Origin: Halogeometricum borinquense DSM 11551
GTDB taxonomy: Archaea; Halobacteriota; Halobacteria; Halobacteriales; Haloferacaceae
Direction of reading: 5' to 3'
DNA: 32,000 bases
NCBI RefSeq assembly: GCF_000172995.2
Contig: NC_014729.1
Location: 690,001-722,000, forward strand
The notes under the pieces are model-generated. The model made no database searches. It was not told the origin of the DNA and was given only the letters and a program-made list of their open reading frames with translations. Below, piece by piece: positions 8,684 to 18,634 of the stretch. A program made the translations under genes and the position numbers. Numbering within the stretch: the first letter of the stretch is position 1; every line of letters starts with the position of its first letter.

Positions 8684-9580
8684 ATGAGCGAAACAGACGC
8701 CGCCGAAGACCGCCTCCTCACAGACTGTGTGGACTGTCTCGATCCTGCGGAGGCGTTCGCCGTCGTCGGCAACGAGACGCGACTTGCGATCCTCGAAGCG
8801 CTCTGGCGGTCGGCGGACCGACCTGTGGCGTTCTCCGACCTCCGCCGCCGCGTGGGGATGCGCGACAGCGCACAGTTCAACTACCACCTCGGCAAGTTGA
8901 CCGGGCAGTTCGTCGCAAAGACCGACGAAGGCTACGAATTCAGACACGCAGGGGAGAAAGTCGTTCGCGCGGTCCTTTCGGGCAGTTTCAACGAGAATCC
9001 GACGGTCGAACCGTTCGAGGTGCCGGGCGAGTGTGCTGACTGCGGTGGAACGCTCACTGCCTCGTATGTGGACGAACATCTCTCGGTCGGCTGTCGAGAG
9101 TGCGGCCGCCTCCACGCCCACGCGCCGTTCCCGCCAGGCGGCCTGACCGACCGGTCGGACGAAGAAGTCGCACACGCGTTCGACCAGCGGGTTCGCCACT
9201 TGCACTGCCTTGCCGCTGATGGTGTCTGCCCGGAGTGTGGCGGCCGCATGGCGACGACACTGTCACAGGACGCAGGGCCGCTCGATGTGGCGGCCTGTTC
9301 GGTGCATCGCTGTGAGCAGTGCGACCACCGTATCCGGTCACCGGTCGGCTTGAGCCTCCTTGATCAGTCTGACGTCGTCGGATTCCACACGTCGCATACT
9401 GTCGATTTGAGGAGTCGTCCACACTGGACGTTCGAATGGTGCGTCGGCGACCGGACCACAGTTCTGGATGACGACCCGTGGCGGGTCCGCGTTGCTATCC
9501 CGCTGAACGAGGAGGAACTGCGCGTGACACTCGACAGCGAACTCGCTGTCGTCGCCGTCGAGCGACGCCGCCTCGACTGA
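8684..9580 (+). CDS. Winged-helix (ArsR-like) transcriptional regulator with a cysteine-rich (Zn-ribbon-like) C-terminal domain
   Basis: From the ATG at 8684: FAVVGNETRLAILEALW...FSDLRRRVGMRDSAQFNYHLGKLTGQFV, followed by the cysteine pairs CADCGG..CRECG and CPECGG..CEQCD. Confidence 0.85.
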   Translation: MSETDAAEDRLLTDCVDCLDPAEAFAVVGNETRLAILEALWRSADRPVAFSDLRRRVGMRDSAQFNYHLGKLTGQFVAKTDEGYEFRHAGEKVVRAVLSGSFNENPTVEPFEVPGECADCGGTLTASYVDEHLSVGCRECGRLHAHAPFPPGGLTDRSDEEVAHAFDQRVRHLHCLAADGVCPECGGRMATTLSQDAGPLDVAACSVHRCEQCDHRIRSPVGLSLLDQSDVVGFHTSHTVDLRSRPHWTFEWCVGDRTTVLDDDPWRVRVAIPLNEEELRVTLDSELAVVAVERRRLD

Positions 9581-9933
9581 GTTCGTGAACACTCAGTTCA
9601 GCCACCGAACCGACAAAATACAATTCAGAGTCCACTCTTTGTGTCGACACCTGCGCTCGCACTTGTGAGACGACACTGACGAAACGACTCTACACTCCTG
9701 CTCGAACTGATTCTGCCCCGACCTTCGGTGACCCGGTACGCCGCGGAACGCCCTCGCCGATTGTGACAATGACGGAGATGGGCCTGACGCTCGTCGGCAT
9801 CTCGGCGGCGTTCGTCGTTCCGGGTGTCGTACTCCGTCGGATTGGAGTCGGAGTGTATGTGACCGGATCACACCCGAACGATGGATGATGTGGATAGCAA
9901 TTCACATTAACCCCGGAGTCAAAGCTTCCGCGT

Positions 9934-11181
9934 ATGACCCAGTCGTACGTCATCATCGGCGACGGTATCGCGGGGAGTTCCGCCGCTGAAACCCTCCGCG
10001 AGGAGGAACCCGACGCCGACATCACCGTCGTCACAGACGAGGGGGAGGCACTGTACAATCGTATTCTCATCAAAGAGTTCGCCAAGGGGAAACTCCCGGA
10101 AGCGCCAATTTCCATTCACGAACCTGAGTGGTACGACGAGCGTGACATCGAACTCAAGCTTAACACCCTCGTCACCGACGTTGACCCCGACGGGCATACC
10201 ATCGAGACGCACGAGGGCGAGACGCTCTCGTGGGACAAACTGCTCGTCTCCGTCGGCGGAACGCCGACGCAACTGCCCGTCGATAACTCCGACGCCGAGG
10301 GCATCCACCACTTCTGGACGTTCCAGGACGCCCGTAAGATTCGCTCCCACATGGAAGAGGCCGACAGTTCCGTCGTCGTCGGTGCCGGCCTTCTCGGCAT
10401 CGACCTCGCGGCAATTACGGCCGCACAGGGTGTCGAAGGCAAATATCTCATGCGCGGCAACTGCTGGTGGCGCTACGCGCTCTCCGAGGAGGGTGGCGAA
10501 ATCATTCACAACGCGCTCCGTGAACGTAACGTCGAACCCGTCTTCGAGTCCGGTGTTGACCACTTCGAGGTCGATGACGACGGCCGAGTCACGACGGCGG
10601 TAGACCCCAACGGCGACGAGTACGACGCCGACTTCGTCGGCATCGCCATCGGGCTTGACTTTAACACGGAGATTCTGCAGGGAACCGACATCGAGTGCGA
10701 TAACGGTATTATCGTAGACGAATACATGCGGACGAACCACGAGGACGTGTTCGCGGCAGGCGACATCACGCAGTTCCACGACGTGATCCTCGGCGAGCGC
10801 GCCCAGAACGGTGCATGGGGCTCCGCGAAAGAGCAAGGCACCATCGCCGCGAAGAACATGGTCGATTACGGGACAGAGGAGTTCCGGTGGGTCTCTTCGT
10901 ACTCGATCACGCACTTTGACTTCCCGTTCCTCTCGTTCGGCCATCCGACGCTCGGCGACGACGAGGCCGAGGCGAAGTACTCCGACACCGAATGGCGTCG
11001 GCTGGCGTTCAAAGACGGAAAAATCGTCGGCGGCGTCCTCATCGGCGACCTCGCACCGCAGTCGAAGTACAAGAAGCTCATGCGCGAGGAACGCGTCGTT
11101 GCCGACCAGAAGGACGTACTGATGCAAGAGCAGTTCGAGATCGAAGATCTCGACCTCGAAGAAGAAGCCCCCGTCGAGTAA
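9934..11181 (+). CDS. FAD-dependent pyridine nucleotide-disulfide oxidoreductase
   Basis: 415 aa with SYVIIGDGIAGSSAAETL (FAD site), SVVVGAGLLGIDLA (NAD site) and VFAAGDIT. Confidence 0.9.
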   Translation: MTQSYVIIGDGIAGSSAAETLREEEPDADITVVTDEGEALYNRILIKEFAKGKLPEAPISIHEPEWYDERDIELKLNTLVTDVDPDGHTIETHEGETLSWDKLLVSVGGTPTQLPVDNSDAEGIHHFWTFQDARKIRSHMEEADSSVVVGAGLLGIDLAAITAAQGVEGKYLMRGNCWWRYALSEEGGEIIHNALRERNVEPVFESGVDHFEVDDDGRVTTAVDPNGDEYDADFVGIAIGLDFNTEILQGTDIECDNGIIVDEYMRTNHEDVFAAGDITQFHDVILGERAQNGAWGSAKEQGTIAAKNMVDYGTEEFRWVSSYSITHFDFPFLSFGHPTLGDDEAEAKYSDTEWRRLAFKDGKIVGGVLIGDLAPQSKYKKLMREERVVADQKDVLMQEQFEIEDLDLEEEAPVE

Positions 11182-11196
11182 TCGACGCCGAATTTC

Positions 11197-11268
11197 TCTT
11201 CACTACCGTTTCTTTCTTCACTGCCACTTTCCTCTTCACTACCCCTTTTCTCTTCGCTACTTCTCCCC
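11197..11268. repeat. Four tandem 18-bp imperfect repeats on an almost pure pyrimidine strand
   Basis: The four units begin at 11197, 11215, 11233 and 11251: TCTTCACTACCGTTTCTT, TCTTCACTGCCACTTTCC, TCTTCACTACCCCTTTTC and TCTTCGCTACTTCTCCCC. They lie in the convergent intergenic gap between 11181 and 11324. Confidence 0.75.
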
Positions 11269-11323
11269 GATTTGTATCCACTCATCGCGGAAACACCGGC
11301 GTTTCACCGCCGAGTTCGCATGT

Positions 11324-12427
11324 CTACGACGGTGTCGGCCGTGTACCCAGCGTCAACTCGACGGGTTGCGTAATTCCGTTTCTGTAAATCGTGAGTGGAA
11401 TCGTCTCTCCCGGACTGGTTTCCAGAGAGAGGTGTGCCAAGAGTTCGTTTCGGTCGCGGACGGGGACGCCATCGACTTCGAGGATAATATCGCTTCCAAC
11501 AGGGATTGACACACCGCGTCTTTCGACCGTCTCATCGCTTGCCCGTAGAATACCCTCCGCGGGACCGTCGTCGATAACCGTGACGACGATGACGCCGTTC
11601 GGCTCTGTCAGGTCATTCGCTTCGGCAACGAGTGGGCCGACAGGGGCGTAATCGACTCCCAAAAACGGGTGGTGATACTGTCCATTCTCGATGAGCGATG
11701 GGATGACGCGCCGGGAAAGGGCCGCAGAGATAGCAAACCCGATGTTTTCGGCACCACCTGCGCTGATGACGCCGACGACCGACCCTTCAGTGTTCACAAG
11801 GGGGCCTCCGCTGTTCCCCGGATTCACCGCTGCGTCAGTCTGTACGGCGTTCGGAATCGACACGCCGGTGATCGGGTTGAAAGCGGTGCGATTGACCCCG
11901 CTAATGATGCCTTTCGACATCGATCCCTTGAGACCGAACGGACTGCCGATAGCGCTGACCTCGGTGCCGATTTGCGGGGGTCGAAGACTGAACTGAAGCG
12001 GACGAACGCTCTCGGGGACGTGATCAACGTCAAGAATGGCGAGATCCGCGAACATGTCAGTACCGACGATTTCTGCACTCGTCCACTCACCGGTGGTGTA
12101 CTGGATATCGACCCGTTCGGCCCCGCTGACGACGTGTTCGTTCGTGACGACGGACGTGTCGTTGATCACGAAGGCAGAACCTTGCCCCCGTCTCTCTTGT
12201 CCGGTGACCGGATTTTCTACACCGAATGCACGCACGAGCGCGACGGCGTCAATCGCCGAATCGTACTTCGAGTCGTCAGAACTACGCCGGGGAGCCACCG
12301 CAGAAGTACTTGTCTCGGTGGCCGACCCGGTCGTTTTCCCTTGCGGGGCAGAACCAGTGTAGGTGCCAAACACTCCGGCACCCGCGGCGATGAGGAAGTC
12401 TCGGCGACTCAGTGGAAGATCACCCAT
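11324..12427 (-). CDS. Secreted trypsin-like serine protease (S1C, HtrA/DegP-like) with a C-terminal PDZ domain and a Tat-type signal
   Basis: The twin-arginine-type N-terminus reads LSRRDFLIAAGAG. The catalytic region includes VVTNEHVV ... DLAIL ... TDAAVNPGNSGGPLV. The PDZ-like C-terminus reads GDIILEVDGVPVRDRNEL. Confidence 0.9.
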   Translation of the reverse strand: MGDLPLSRRDFLIAAGAGVFGTYTGSAPQGKTTGSATETSTSAVAPRRSSDDSKYDSAIDAVALVRAFGVENPVTGQERRGQGSAFVINDTSVVTNEHVVSGAERVDIQYTTGEWTSAEIVGTDMFADLAILDVDHVPESVRPLQFSLRPPQIGTEVSAIGSPFGLKGSMSKGIISGVNRTAFNPITGVSIPNAVQTDAAVNPGNSGGPLVNTEGSVVGVISAGGAENIGFAISAALSRRVIPSLIENGQYHHPFLGVDYAPVGPLVAEANDLTEPNGVIVVTVIDDGPAEGILRASDETVERRGVSIPVGSDIILEVDGVPVRDRNELLAHLSLETSPGETIPLTIYRNGITQPVELTLGTRPTPS

Positions 12428-12584
12428 GGAAATGTATGGGTGCTGTTGAATGTTAGTTTGTCACCAACCAGCATGAAACTTAATGAGGTTAGAGTAACCG
12501 TGCGGATCGCAGATTCTGTTGGAAAGTCGGAAATCGGCCAGTGGCTCCCTAACTTTTATCGTCAATCATGTTGATTGGTATCTT

Positions 12585-12833
12585 ATGTCACGAACCGTCC
12601 GAGGATCAACACACGACGATTTGACGGACAGCGTTACTGTCGTCAGGACCTGCGTTGAGGAGATCGAACCGAGTACGACGGTTCGACATTACGATCAGCT
12701 TACCGACCGGAGTCAGGCGGCCGTCGCGGCAGCCGTTGATGGCCACCAGCCGATTCGTGCGCCTGACCTCTCGACCGGAGACGTTGTTCGCTACACCGGA
12801 TACTACGAGGTCAGATCGGTAACTCACGACTGA
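12585..12833 (+). CDS. Small hypothetical protein
   Basis: 82 aa from the ATG at 12585 (MSRTVRGSTHDDLTDS...RYTGYYEVRSVTHD), with host-like composition. No family recognised. Confidence 0.45.
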   Translation: MSRTVRGSTHDDLTDSVTVVRTCVEEIEPSTTVRHYDQLTDRSQAAVAAAVDGHQPIRAPDLSTGDVVRYTGYYEVRSVTHD

Positions 12834-12999
12834 AGTCATGAGTTTGTCTGTCGGCTCCTCTTCTGTTCCGAGTGAAGCCGCCGAAGCGTTTTCAAGTGGA
12901 TCGTACTCGCGTTGTACTCTTTTGCACCTCGTCCATCAGAGTCCTGTACTCGTGTGAGGAACCGAAGCGGTTTTGCGTCCCACGCGAGGACGTTCTCGC

Positions 13000-13416
13000 A
13001 TGGACGGAGGCGGCTCGACCGATATGACGCTGGCGTTCGAGTTAGAGGCGTTGAAAGCGCTTGCTGACCCGAACGTCGTGTTCAACGACGCACGGCAGTG
13101 GACGGAGTACGTCGGTGTGGTGAGCGACAAGCCCACGTACGTCGTCACCAACTTTACCCGCAAACACCGCGTCCGTCAGGATTTCTTCTCCGGACCACGC
13201 GGCGTTGAGGAGAGTCTCAACAATGTCAAACGGCAGTTCGACACCGACAGACACGTGTTCATCGGGACGACGGACGAACACCGCGAACTCGCCGAACGAA
13301 CCGAGTGGGAGTTCCTTCCCCTCGACCAAGCCGCAGAGGCCGCAGACTGGGACCTTGCGGGCGAAACCGAAGACGAGGACCCCTTCGAGACCAGTAGCCG
13401 CGACGACTGGCCCTGA
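13000..13416 (+). CDS. Conserved hypothetical protein (acidic, haloarchaeal-type)
   Basis: The ORF 12973..13416 has a TTG start in the track. ATG candidates are at 13000 and 13024. Sequence LAFELEALKALADPNVVFNDARQWTEYVGVVSDKPTYVVTNFTRKHRVRQDFF. No family assigned. Confidence 0.6.
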   Translation: MDGGGSTDMTLAFELEALKALADPNVVFNDARQWTEYVGVVSDKPTYVVTNFTRKHRVRQDFFSGPRGVEESLNNVKRQFDTDRHVFIGTTDEHRELAERTEWEFLPLDQAAEAADWDLAGETEDEDPFETSSRDDWP

Positions 13417-13521
13417 GACGACCCGTCATCGGGCCGCAGGCGGGACGACGCGGCTAAATTTACGACCAACAGAGTTCCCCGAACGAAAGCATTAATCGAA
13501 CCGAATCCTACCTTTCGTACG

Positions 13522-14454
13522 ATGAGTCACCAGTTGCCTGACGTTCAGGCAAGCCGACCCGACGTGACTGTCGGACTGAGCCAAGTGGGCGTGACGGGTG
13601 TGGATAAACTCGTCAAAATCGCCCGTGACGGTAAGCGACCGCTGATTCTGATGGCCGAGTTCGAGGTGTTCGTGGACCTGCCGAGCGGACGCAAAGGCAT
13701 CGACATGAGCCGTAACATGCAGGTCATCGACGAAATTCTCGAAGACGCCGTCGCCGAACCGACGTACCGCGTCGAAGACATGTGTGGTGACACCGCGGAG
13801 CGTCTCCTCGCCAAACACGATTACACCTCGAAAGCCGAGGTGCGGATGACCGCCGAACTTGTCCTCCGCGAGGATACTCCCGCCTCGGAACTCCAAACCC
13901 AGAGCACTGCGAACATCATTGCAAGCGCAGTCGCAACCGAGGACGGCACCCGAGAGGAAATCGGTGCCGAGGTGGTCGGGATGACGGTCTGTCCCTGTTC
14001 GCAGGGGATGTCCGCCTCCCGCGCCCGCGACGTGTTACGCGACTTGGATGTCGAAGACGAGACAATCGAGGAATTCCTCGAACAGGTCCCGCAACCGGGG
14101 CACTCCCAACGTGGCCACGCGACGCTGACCGTCGAGACAGAAGGATCGCCCGATGTGGACCTCATCGACATCGTCGATATCGCCCGCGACTCGATGTCTG
14201 CCCGCATTTACAACCTCGCAAAGCGACCCGATGAAGACCACATGACCTATCACGCCCACGCCAACGCGAAGTTCGTCGAGGACTGCGTTCGCTCGATGGC
14301 AGATCAGGTTCTCACCGAGTTCGATCACCTCGCGGACGACGCTGTGGTTCACATGAAACAGTCGAACGACGAATCGATCCACCAGCACAACGCGCATGCC
14401 GAACGTGTCGCGTCGCTGGGCGAACTCAGAGACGAACTCGAAGAACGAGACTAA
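13522..14454 (+). CDS. mptA: GTP cyclohydrolase MptA (archaeal GTP cyclohydrolase IV, FolE2/MptA family)
   Basis: 310 aa: [33 protein letters not shown]...[13 protein letters not shown]...VCPCSQGMS...HSQRGHATL, characteristic of FolE2/MptA. Confidence 0.9.
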   Translation: MSHQLPDVQASRPDVTVGLSQVGVTGVDKLVKIARDGKRPLILMAEFEVFVDLPSGRKGIDMSRNMQVIDEILEDAVAEPTYRVEDMCGDTAERLLAKHDYTSKAEVRMTAELVLREDTPASELQTQSTANIIASAVATEDGTREEIGAEVVGMTVCPCSQGMSASRARDVLRDLDVEDETIEEFLEQVPQPGHSQRGHATLTVETEGSPDVDLIDIVDIARDSMSARIYNLAKRPDEDHMTYHAHANAKFVEDCVRSMADQVLTEFDHLADDAVVHMKQSNDESIHQHNAHAERVASLGELRDELEERD

Positions 14455-14457
14455 TCG

Positions 14458-15219
14458 TTACGCTTCCGAGGCGGTGCCGGTGGTGAGGACCGCCTTCATG
14501 ATTCTGTCTTCTTCGTCTTCGCTGATTGCCTCGGAGTTGAGACAGGCGCGTACGATTTTGCACACGAGATCCGGATCACTGAACGGTGACGCCGTGTCCT
14601 GAGCCGGTTCGTTCAGTTGTTGTTCTAACGCCGCTACCTGTTCTGAAAGGTCAGTGAGTTGCTCCGAGAGGTTCTTCACAGATACAGAACCAGAGGAATC
14701 GTCGTCCGCTGATGTGTCGCTATCGTCGAGCATTACTTCGGTGAACGCTTGCCGGTGTTTCCAGTCGAATCCCTCGATGGAGTTGAGTCGATTGTTGATC
14801 GTTGACTGCGTGACGCCGAATCGGTCCGCGAGCTCGCTCTGGGTGGCATCAGGTGAGTCTTGAATCGCCCGGAGTACCTCCCGTTGTTTCTCGGTCAGCT
14901 CGACCGGGTCCTGTGCCACCTTTCGGACGTGGTGCGTGTCTGTCTTACTCATGCTCCCGTTCGTCTTCGGCTTTGACATCTCTGATTCGTCCGTACTCAG
15001 TCCAGTTTCCGCCTCGTCGGGTACTCCCGCAGTTGATGCGGGGTCCCCATACTCGTCTAAGACGCGTTCGACAAGCGTTACCGATGCGCCGTTGACGACA
15101 CTCGAAAGCTCCTCCACTGTCGCGTCAGGGCGGGATTCAGCGACGTCCAGAATCTTCTTGTGTATCACTGCTCGGGGCAGTTTCGATCCGCTGTTCGTCA
15201 CCCCCGTATGAGAACTCAT
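14458..15219 (-). CDS. HTH-domain DNA-binding protein (two putative HTH modules)
   Basis: IHKKILDVAESRPDATVEELSSVVNGASVTLVERVL and LTEKQREVLRAIQDSPDATQSELADRFGVTQSTINNRLNSI. Confidence 0.8.
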   Translation of the reverse strand: MSSHTGVTNSGSKLPRAVIHKKILDVAESRPDATVEELSSVVNGASVTLVERVLDEYGDPASTAGVPDEAETGLSTDESEMSKPKTNGSMSKTDTHHVRKVAQDPVELTEKQREVLRAIQDSPDATQSELADRFGVTQSTINNRLNSIEGFDWKHRQAFTEVMLDDSDTSADDDSSGSVSVKNLSEQLTDLSEQVAALEQQLNEPAQDTASPFSDPDLVCKIVRACLNSEAISEDEEDRIMKAVLTTGTASEA

Positions 15220-15507
15220 GTCTTATTCGTGTGTATTTTGTCATGTCTTGCTTGTGTATTATATTTGCCTCATTTTCCCGAACAATGATATGCTAAAGCT
15301 AGGTCGATCAGACGACGAACACAAATATATAATGGTTGATTCTTTTTGGAGCTATGATGCCCAAACCACACGAATGAGCGATTCTATAGACTATATATCA
15401 GAACAATTATCATCTGTGTTGAACAGACTGCTCCTGGTGAAGATATGTCAGAATGTATTCTTCTCTTCAATTACTATCAGAACTCACACTGTTTTGGGCC
15501 CCGCGTC

Positions 15508-16329
15508 TCAGTCGTCGCTGAAACTCGACAGCGTGAGCGGTTCCGCCTCATCCCAGCGTGGGTCGAACATCTCGCGGATGTCGGTGGCGAACTCGGCGTC
15601 CTTGAGGTCTATCATCGCAAACGCCTCGCCGGGGTCGAGCGGGTTCGGCACTTCGATACACACTTCGACATCGTCGATGAGGTTGAACGTCCCCGACAGT
15701 TGTTCTGTCGTTCGGACCTCGAACTGCGGGTGATTCTCCAAGCGCGTGACGTAGCGCTTGCCGACCGTTTTCGGCAGCGACGCGACGAGGTCGGGAGACA
15801 TCAACACCGACACGTTGACGCCGCGGTCCAGTGCGGCTTCCAGTTCTTCGGTGATGAGTTCACCGACGCGTCCGATGTCGAACTGCGGTGAGAGCGTCCC
15901 GGCGACGATGACGAGCGAACTGTCGGCCGCCGAGAGCCGTTCGAGTAACAGGTCTACGGACTCTTCCATCCCAACAGCGGCGGTCCAGAACTGCCCCTGA
16001 ACGGGTTCTGCTGTCTCCAGTTCGTCGGTGAGGTCGTCAACGACGGCCTGGTACTGTTCGGCTTTCTCCTCTAACTCCCGGTGTTTCGTCTCTAAAAGTC
16101 GGTCCAACGCGGTGTCGGGTTCGACCGCGACGTACTTCTTCGGACGACTCGCCGCTTGACTCCGCACGAGACTGTGCTGTTCGAGACTGTTCAGCACGTC
16201 GTAGATGCGTCCCATCGGCACGTCGCTGGCACGGGACAGTTCTTTCGCCGTTGTCGCGCCCGTCCGTAACAACGAGCGATATGCTCGCGCCTCATACTCA
16301 GATAATCCGAGGTCCCGCAGACTAGCCAT
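15508..16329 (-). CDS. TrmB family transcriptional regulator
   Basis: MASLRDLGLSEYEARAYRSLLRTGATTAKELSRASDVPMGRIYDVLNSLEQHSLV is the canonical TrmB N-terminal wHTH. Confidence 0.92.
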   Translation of the reverse strand: MASLRDLGLSEYEARAYRSLLRTGATTAKELSRASDVPMGRIYDVLNSLEQHSLVRSQAASRPKKYVAVEPDTALDRLLETKHRELEEKAEQYQAVVDDLTDELETAEPVQGQFWTAAVGMEESVDLLLERLSAADSSLVIVAGTLSPQFDIGRVGELITEELEAALDRGVNVSVLMSPDLVASLPKTVGKRYVTRLENHPQFEVRTTEQLSGTFNLIDDVEVCIEVPNPLDPGEAFAMIDLKDAEFATDIREMFDPRWDEAEPLTLSSFSDD

Positions 16330-16416
16330 AGTAGTACCACAGGTCCCACGGTTAAAAACAAAACGGGAGTTTACACATTCTGCTGGTTCACGAGTGACAC
16401 CCTATCGAGGGGCGTC

Positions 16417-18057
16417 TCACACGCCGTCTGTGATATCTGAGACGGCGGTCATCAACTGCTCAGGTGTGGTGACCGTCCGTTCGCGGTCACCGAGGCTGAC
16501 GACTGCTTCGGAAGCCGAAACACCGTCGGCGTCGGGGACGACGACTTTCTCGTGGTCAGCGACGCGCAGGGCCGCACGGTGAAGGTCCGATCCTGCTGTC
16601 GCGCCGACAGCGACGACAAGCGTCGGACGCGTTACTCGTGCTGCGACTGATCCGTATCCGGCGACTTGGACGCCGATTCGGTCCCACGCACCCGCGAACG
16701 CGCCGATTGCTTCCTGTGCTGCGTCTTCGTATGGTTCCTCGCCCGTCGCCGCCGCGAGGTCACAGAGTGCGTTCGCCATCTCGACGTTCGCATCCAGCGG
16801 TCGAAGCGGCCGGTCGAGCAGTCCGGAACCCGACGCCAAGCCGTCTCTGAACGCACCGCCGTCCGCTTTGAGTTCGTCGATAGCCACGTCCGCAACGGCC
16901 TGTGCCCGGTCGAGGTACCAGTCGTCACCGAGGACCTGTCGTGCCCGGACGAACGCACTGACTGTCCGCGCGTGGTCTTCGAGGAGGTGTGTCTCGCCTG
17001 TTGTCTCGCCCGCGTCGAAATGCGTCACGTCCCCGTCATCGATGAGTCGCGTGTCGAGGAAGTCGAGCGTTCGAACCGCGTAGTCGCGGGCGGTGCCGTC
17101 GTCGGTGTACGCGGTGAGCGTCAAGAGGGCGTCGGCGGCGAGTGCGTTCGCACCCGCGTAGGCCGTCAGGTCTCGACGCGGTCCGGCGCTCTCCGCGCGC
17201 TCTTCGGCGGTCTGTCCGTAGTAGTTCTCGTCGCCGGGACCGACACTGCCGCCGAACGCCGCCCCGTTCCAGAGGCGGTCGGCGAGGAAGTCGCGGGTCT
17301 CCATCGCTGGGTTGAGGAGGTCATCGTCGCCCGTATAGAGGTAGCCGTTGGCGAACGCGCGCACGAGGGCGGCGTTCGAGTCGAGCAGTTTCTCGTGGTG
17401 TGGGTCCGACCAGTCGCGCCCGTCGGCGTAGCGGAAGAACCCGCCTTCCACGTCGTCAAATAGGGTTTCGGCTATCGTCCGGAGCGTCTCCACCGCCTGC
17501 CGCCGGGATCGTTTCAGGGCGAACTCTATCGTTCGCGGCATCGGGAACTTCGTCCCGTCACCCCATCCGGCGAAGCGGTCGTCGTATTTCTCGTCGAGTT
17601 GTCCGGCGAGGTGTTCTTCGATGTGCGACTCGACGGGACCTTCGGGCGTCGGGTCGTCTGCGAGCGCGCGCGGCACACGGCCGGACGAGTCGCCCTTCTC
17701 GGACCACGTCTCGCGCACTCGGTCGAGCACCTGCCGCATCCCGTCGGGACCGAGATACATCGCTCCCGTGATGAGTTCGCCCGACGGCGTACAGAATACT
17801 GTCGAGGGGAACCCGCCCATGTTGTAGCGTTCGCGGACGCGCGGATGACGGTCTACGTCCACTCGGACGGGGACGAAGTCGTCGTTCACGTTCGCGGCGA
17901 TGCGCGGTTCGCCGTACGTCTCGACATCCATCTCGTGACACCCGTCGCACCATGTCGCCGTAAGCGACAGCAACACGGGTTTCTCGTCCGCTCGGGCCTC
18001 CTCGAACGCCTCCGGTCCCCACTTGTGCCACTCGACGCGCGTCTCGTCGTCCGTCAT
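16417..18057 (-). CDS. Thioredoxin-domain protein (DUF255 / YyaL-like, with a C-terminal six-hairpin glycosidase-like domain)
   Basis: 546 aa with VEWHKWGPEAFEEARADEKPVLLSLTATWCDGCHEMDVETY... Confidence 0.9.
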   Translation of the reverse strand: MTDDETRVEWHKWGPEAFEEARADEKPVLLSLTATWCDGCHEMDVETYGEPRIAANVNDDFVPVRVDVDRHPRVRERYNMGGFPSTVFCTPSGELITGAMYLGPDGMRQVLDRVRETWSEKGDSSGRVPRALADDPTPEGPVESHIEEHLAGQLDEKYDDRFAGWGDGTKFPMPRTIEFALKRSRRQAVETLRTIAETLFDDVEGGFFRYADGRDWSDPHHEKLLDSNAALVRAFANGYLYTGDDDLLNPAMETRDFLADRLWNGAAFGGSVGPGDENYYGQTAEERAESAGPRRDLTAYAGANALAADALLTLTAYTDDGTARDYAVRTLDFLDTRLIDDGDVTHFDAGETTGETHLLEDHARTVSAFVRARQVLGDDWYLDRAQAVADVAIDELKADGGAFRDGLASGSGLLDRPLRPLDANVEMANALCDLAAATGEEPYEDAAQEAIGAFAGAWDRIGVQVAGYGSVAARVTRPTLVVAVGATAGSDLHRAALRVADHEKVVVPDADGVSASEAVVSLGDRERTVTTPEQLMTAVSDITDGV

Positions 18058-18151
18058 GCCTCACGCTGGGTCGTCGCGGGGGGTAAGCCCTTCGAGGTGG
18101 TTTGACTCCCGCGGCACAAGGGCTATCAACGACGACCGAAAAGACACGGGC

Positions 18152-18634
18152 ATGCAGACGCGCTGGGTCATCGCGGCACTCCTCTCGATACCCCTCTTGG
18201 ATACGCTTCTATTGGTCCCGTTGGCCAGTACTATCGGGTTCGCCCCGACGGTCCTGTTGGTCGTACTGACCGGACTCGTTGGGATGCTCCTCGTTCGCGC
18301 CGAAGGCCGCCACACGCTCTCGAAACTCCAACAGAAGGTCGCCACCGGCGGGATTCCGACCGACGAACTGTTAGACGGCGGCTTGCTCATCGCTGCCGGA
18401 GCATTCCTCCTCACGCCGGGCGTCGTGACGGACCTCCTCGGGTTCCTCCTCGCTATCCCGGTGACGCGGTATCCCATCCGCAAAGTGGTGAAACGCTTCG
18501 TCGTCCGACCGTATCTGGAAAAGCAGACCGACGGCTTCGTCTCGGGTAACGTCTGGGTCGGCGGCTTCCCCGACGAGGATGTCGTCAACCTCGACCCCGA
18601 AAACTACGGCCGAGCTGACGACGACAACACCTGA
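18152..18634 (+). CDS. FxsA family membrane protein
   Basis: From the ATG at 18152: MQTRWVIAALLSIPLLDTLLLVPLASTIGF...LLIAAGAFLLTPGVVTDLLGFLLAIPVTRYPIRK, the FxsA signature. Confidence 0.85.
   Translation: MQTRWVIAALLSIPLLDTLLLVPLASTIGFAPTVLLVVLTGLVGMLLVRAEGRHTLSKLQQKVATGGIPTDELLDGGLLIAAGAFLLTPGVVTDLLGFLLAIPVTRYPIRKVVKRFVVRPYLEKQTDGFVSGNVWVGGFPDEDVVNLDPENYGRADDDNT

Noticed and set aside
9919-11127. 402-aa minus-strand ORF antisense to the pyridine nucleotide-disulfide oxidoreductase
   Set aside because: The plus-strand product has clear FAD/NAD-binding motifs, while the antisense product has none. This is a GC-driven shadow ORF.
11197-11268. Tandem 18-bp repeats considered as a mini CRISPR array
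   Set aside because: The units are directly adjacent with no spacers, are too short at 18 bp, have no palindromic core, and no cas genes are in the window.
15218-15733. 171-aa plus-strand ORF starting in the AT-rich spacer and running antisense into trmB
   Set aside because: Its second half is antisense to the canonical TrmB gene and its first half is AT-rich low-complexity sequence. No support beyond being an open frame.
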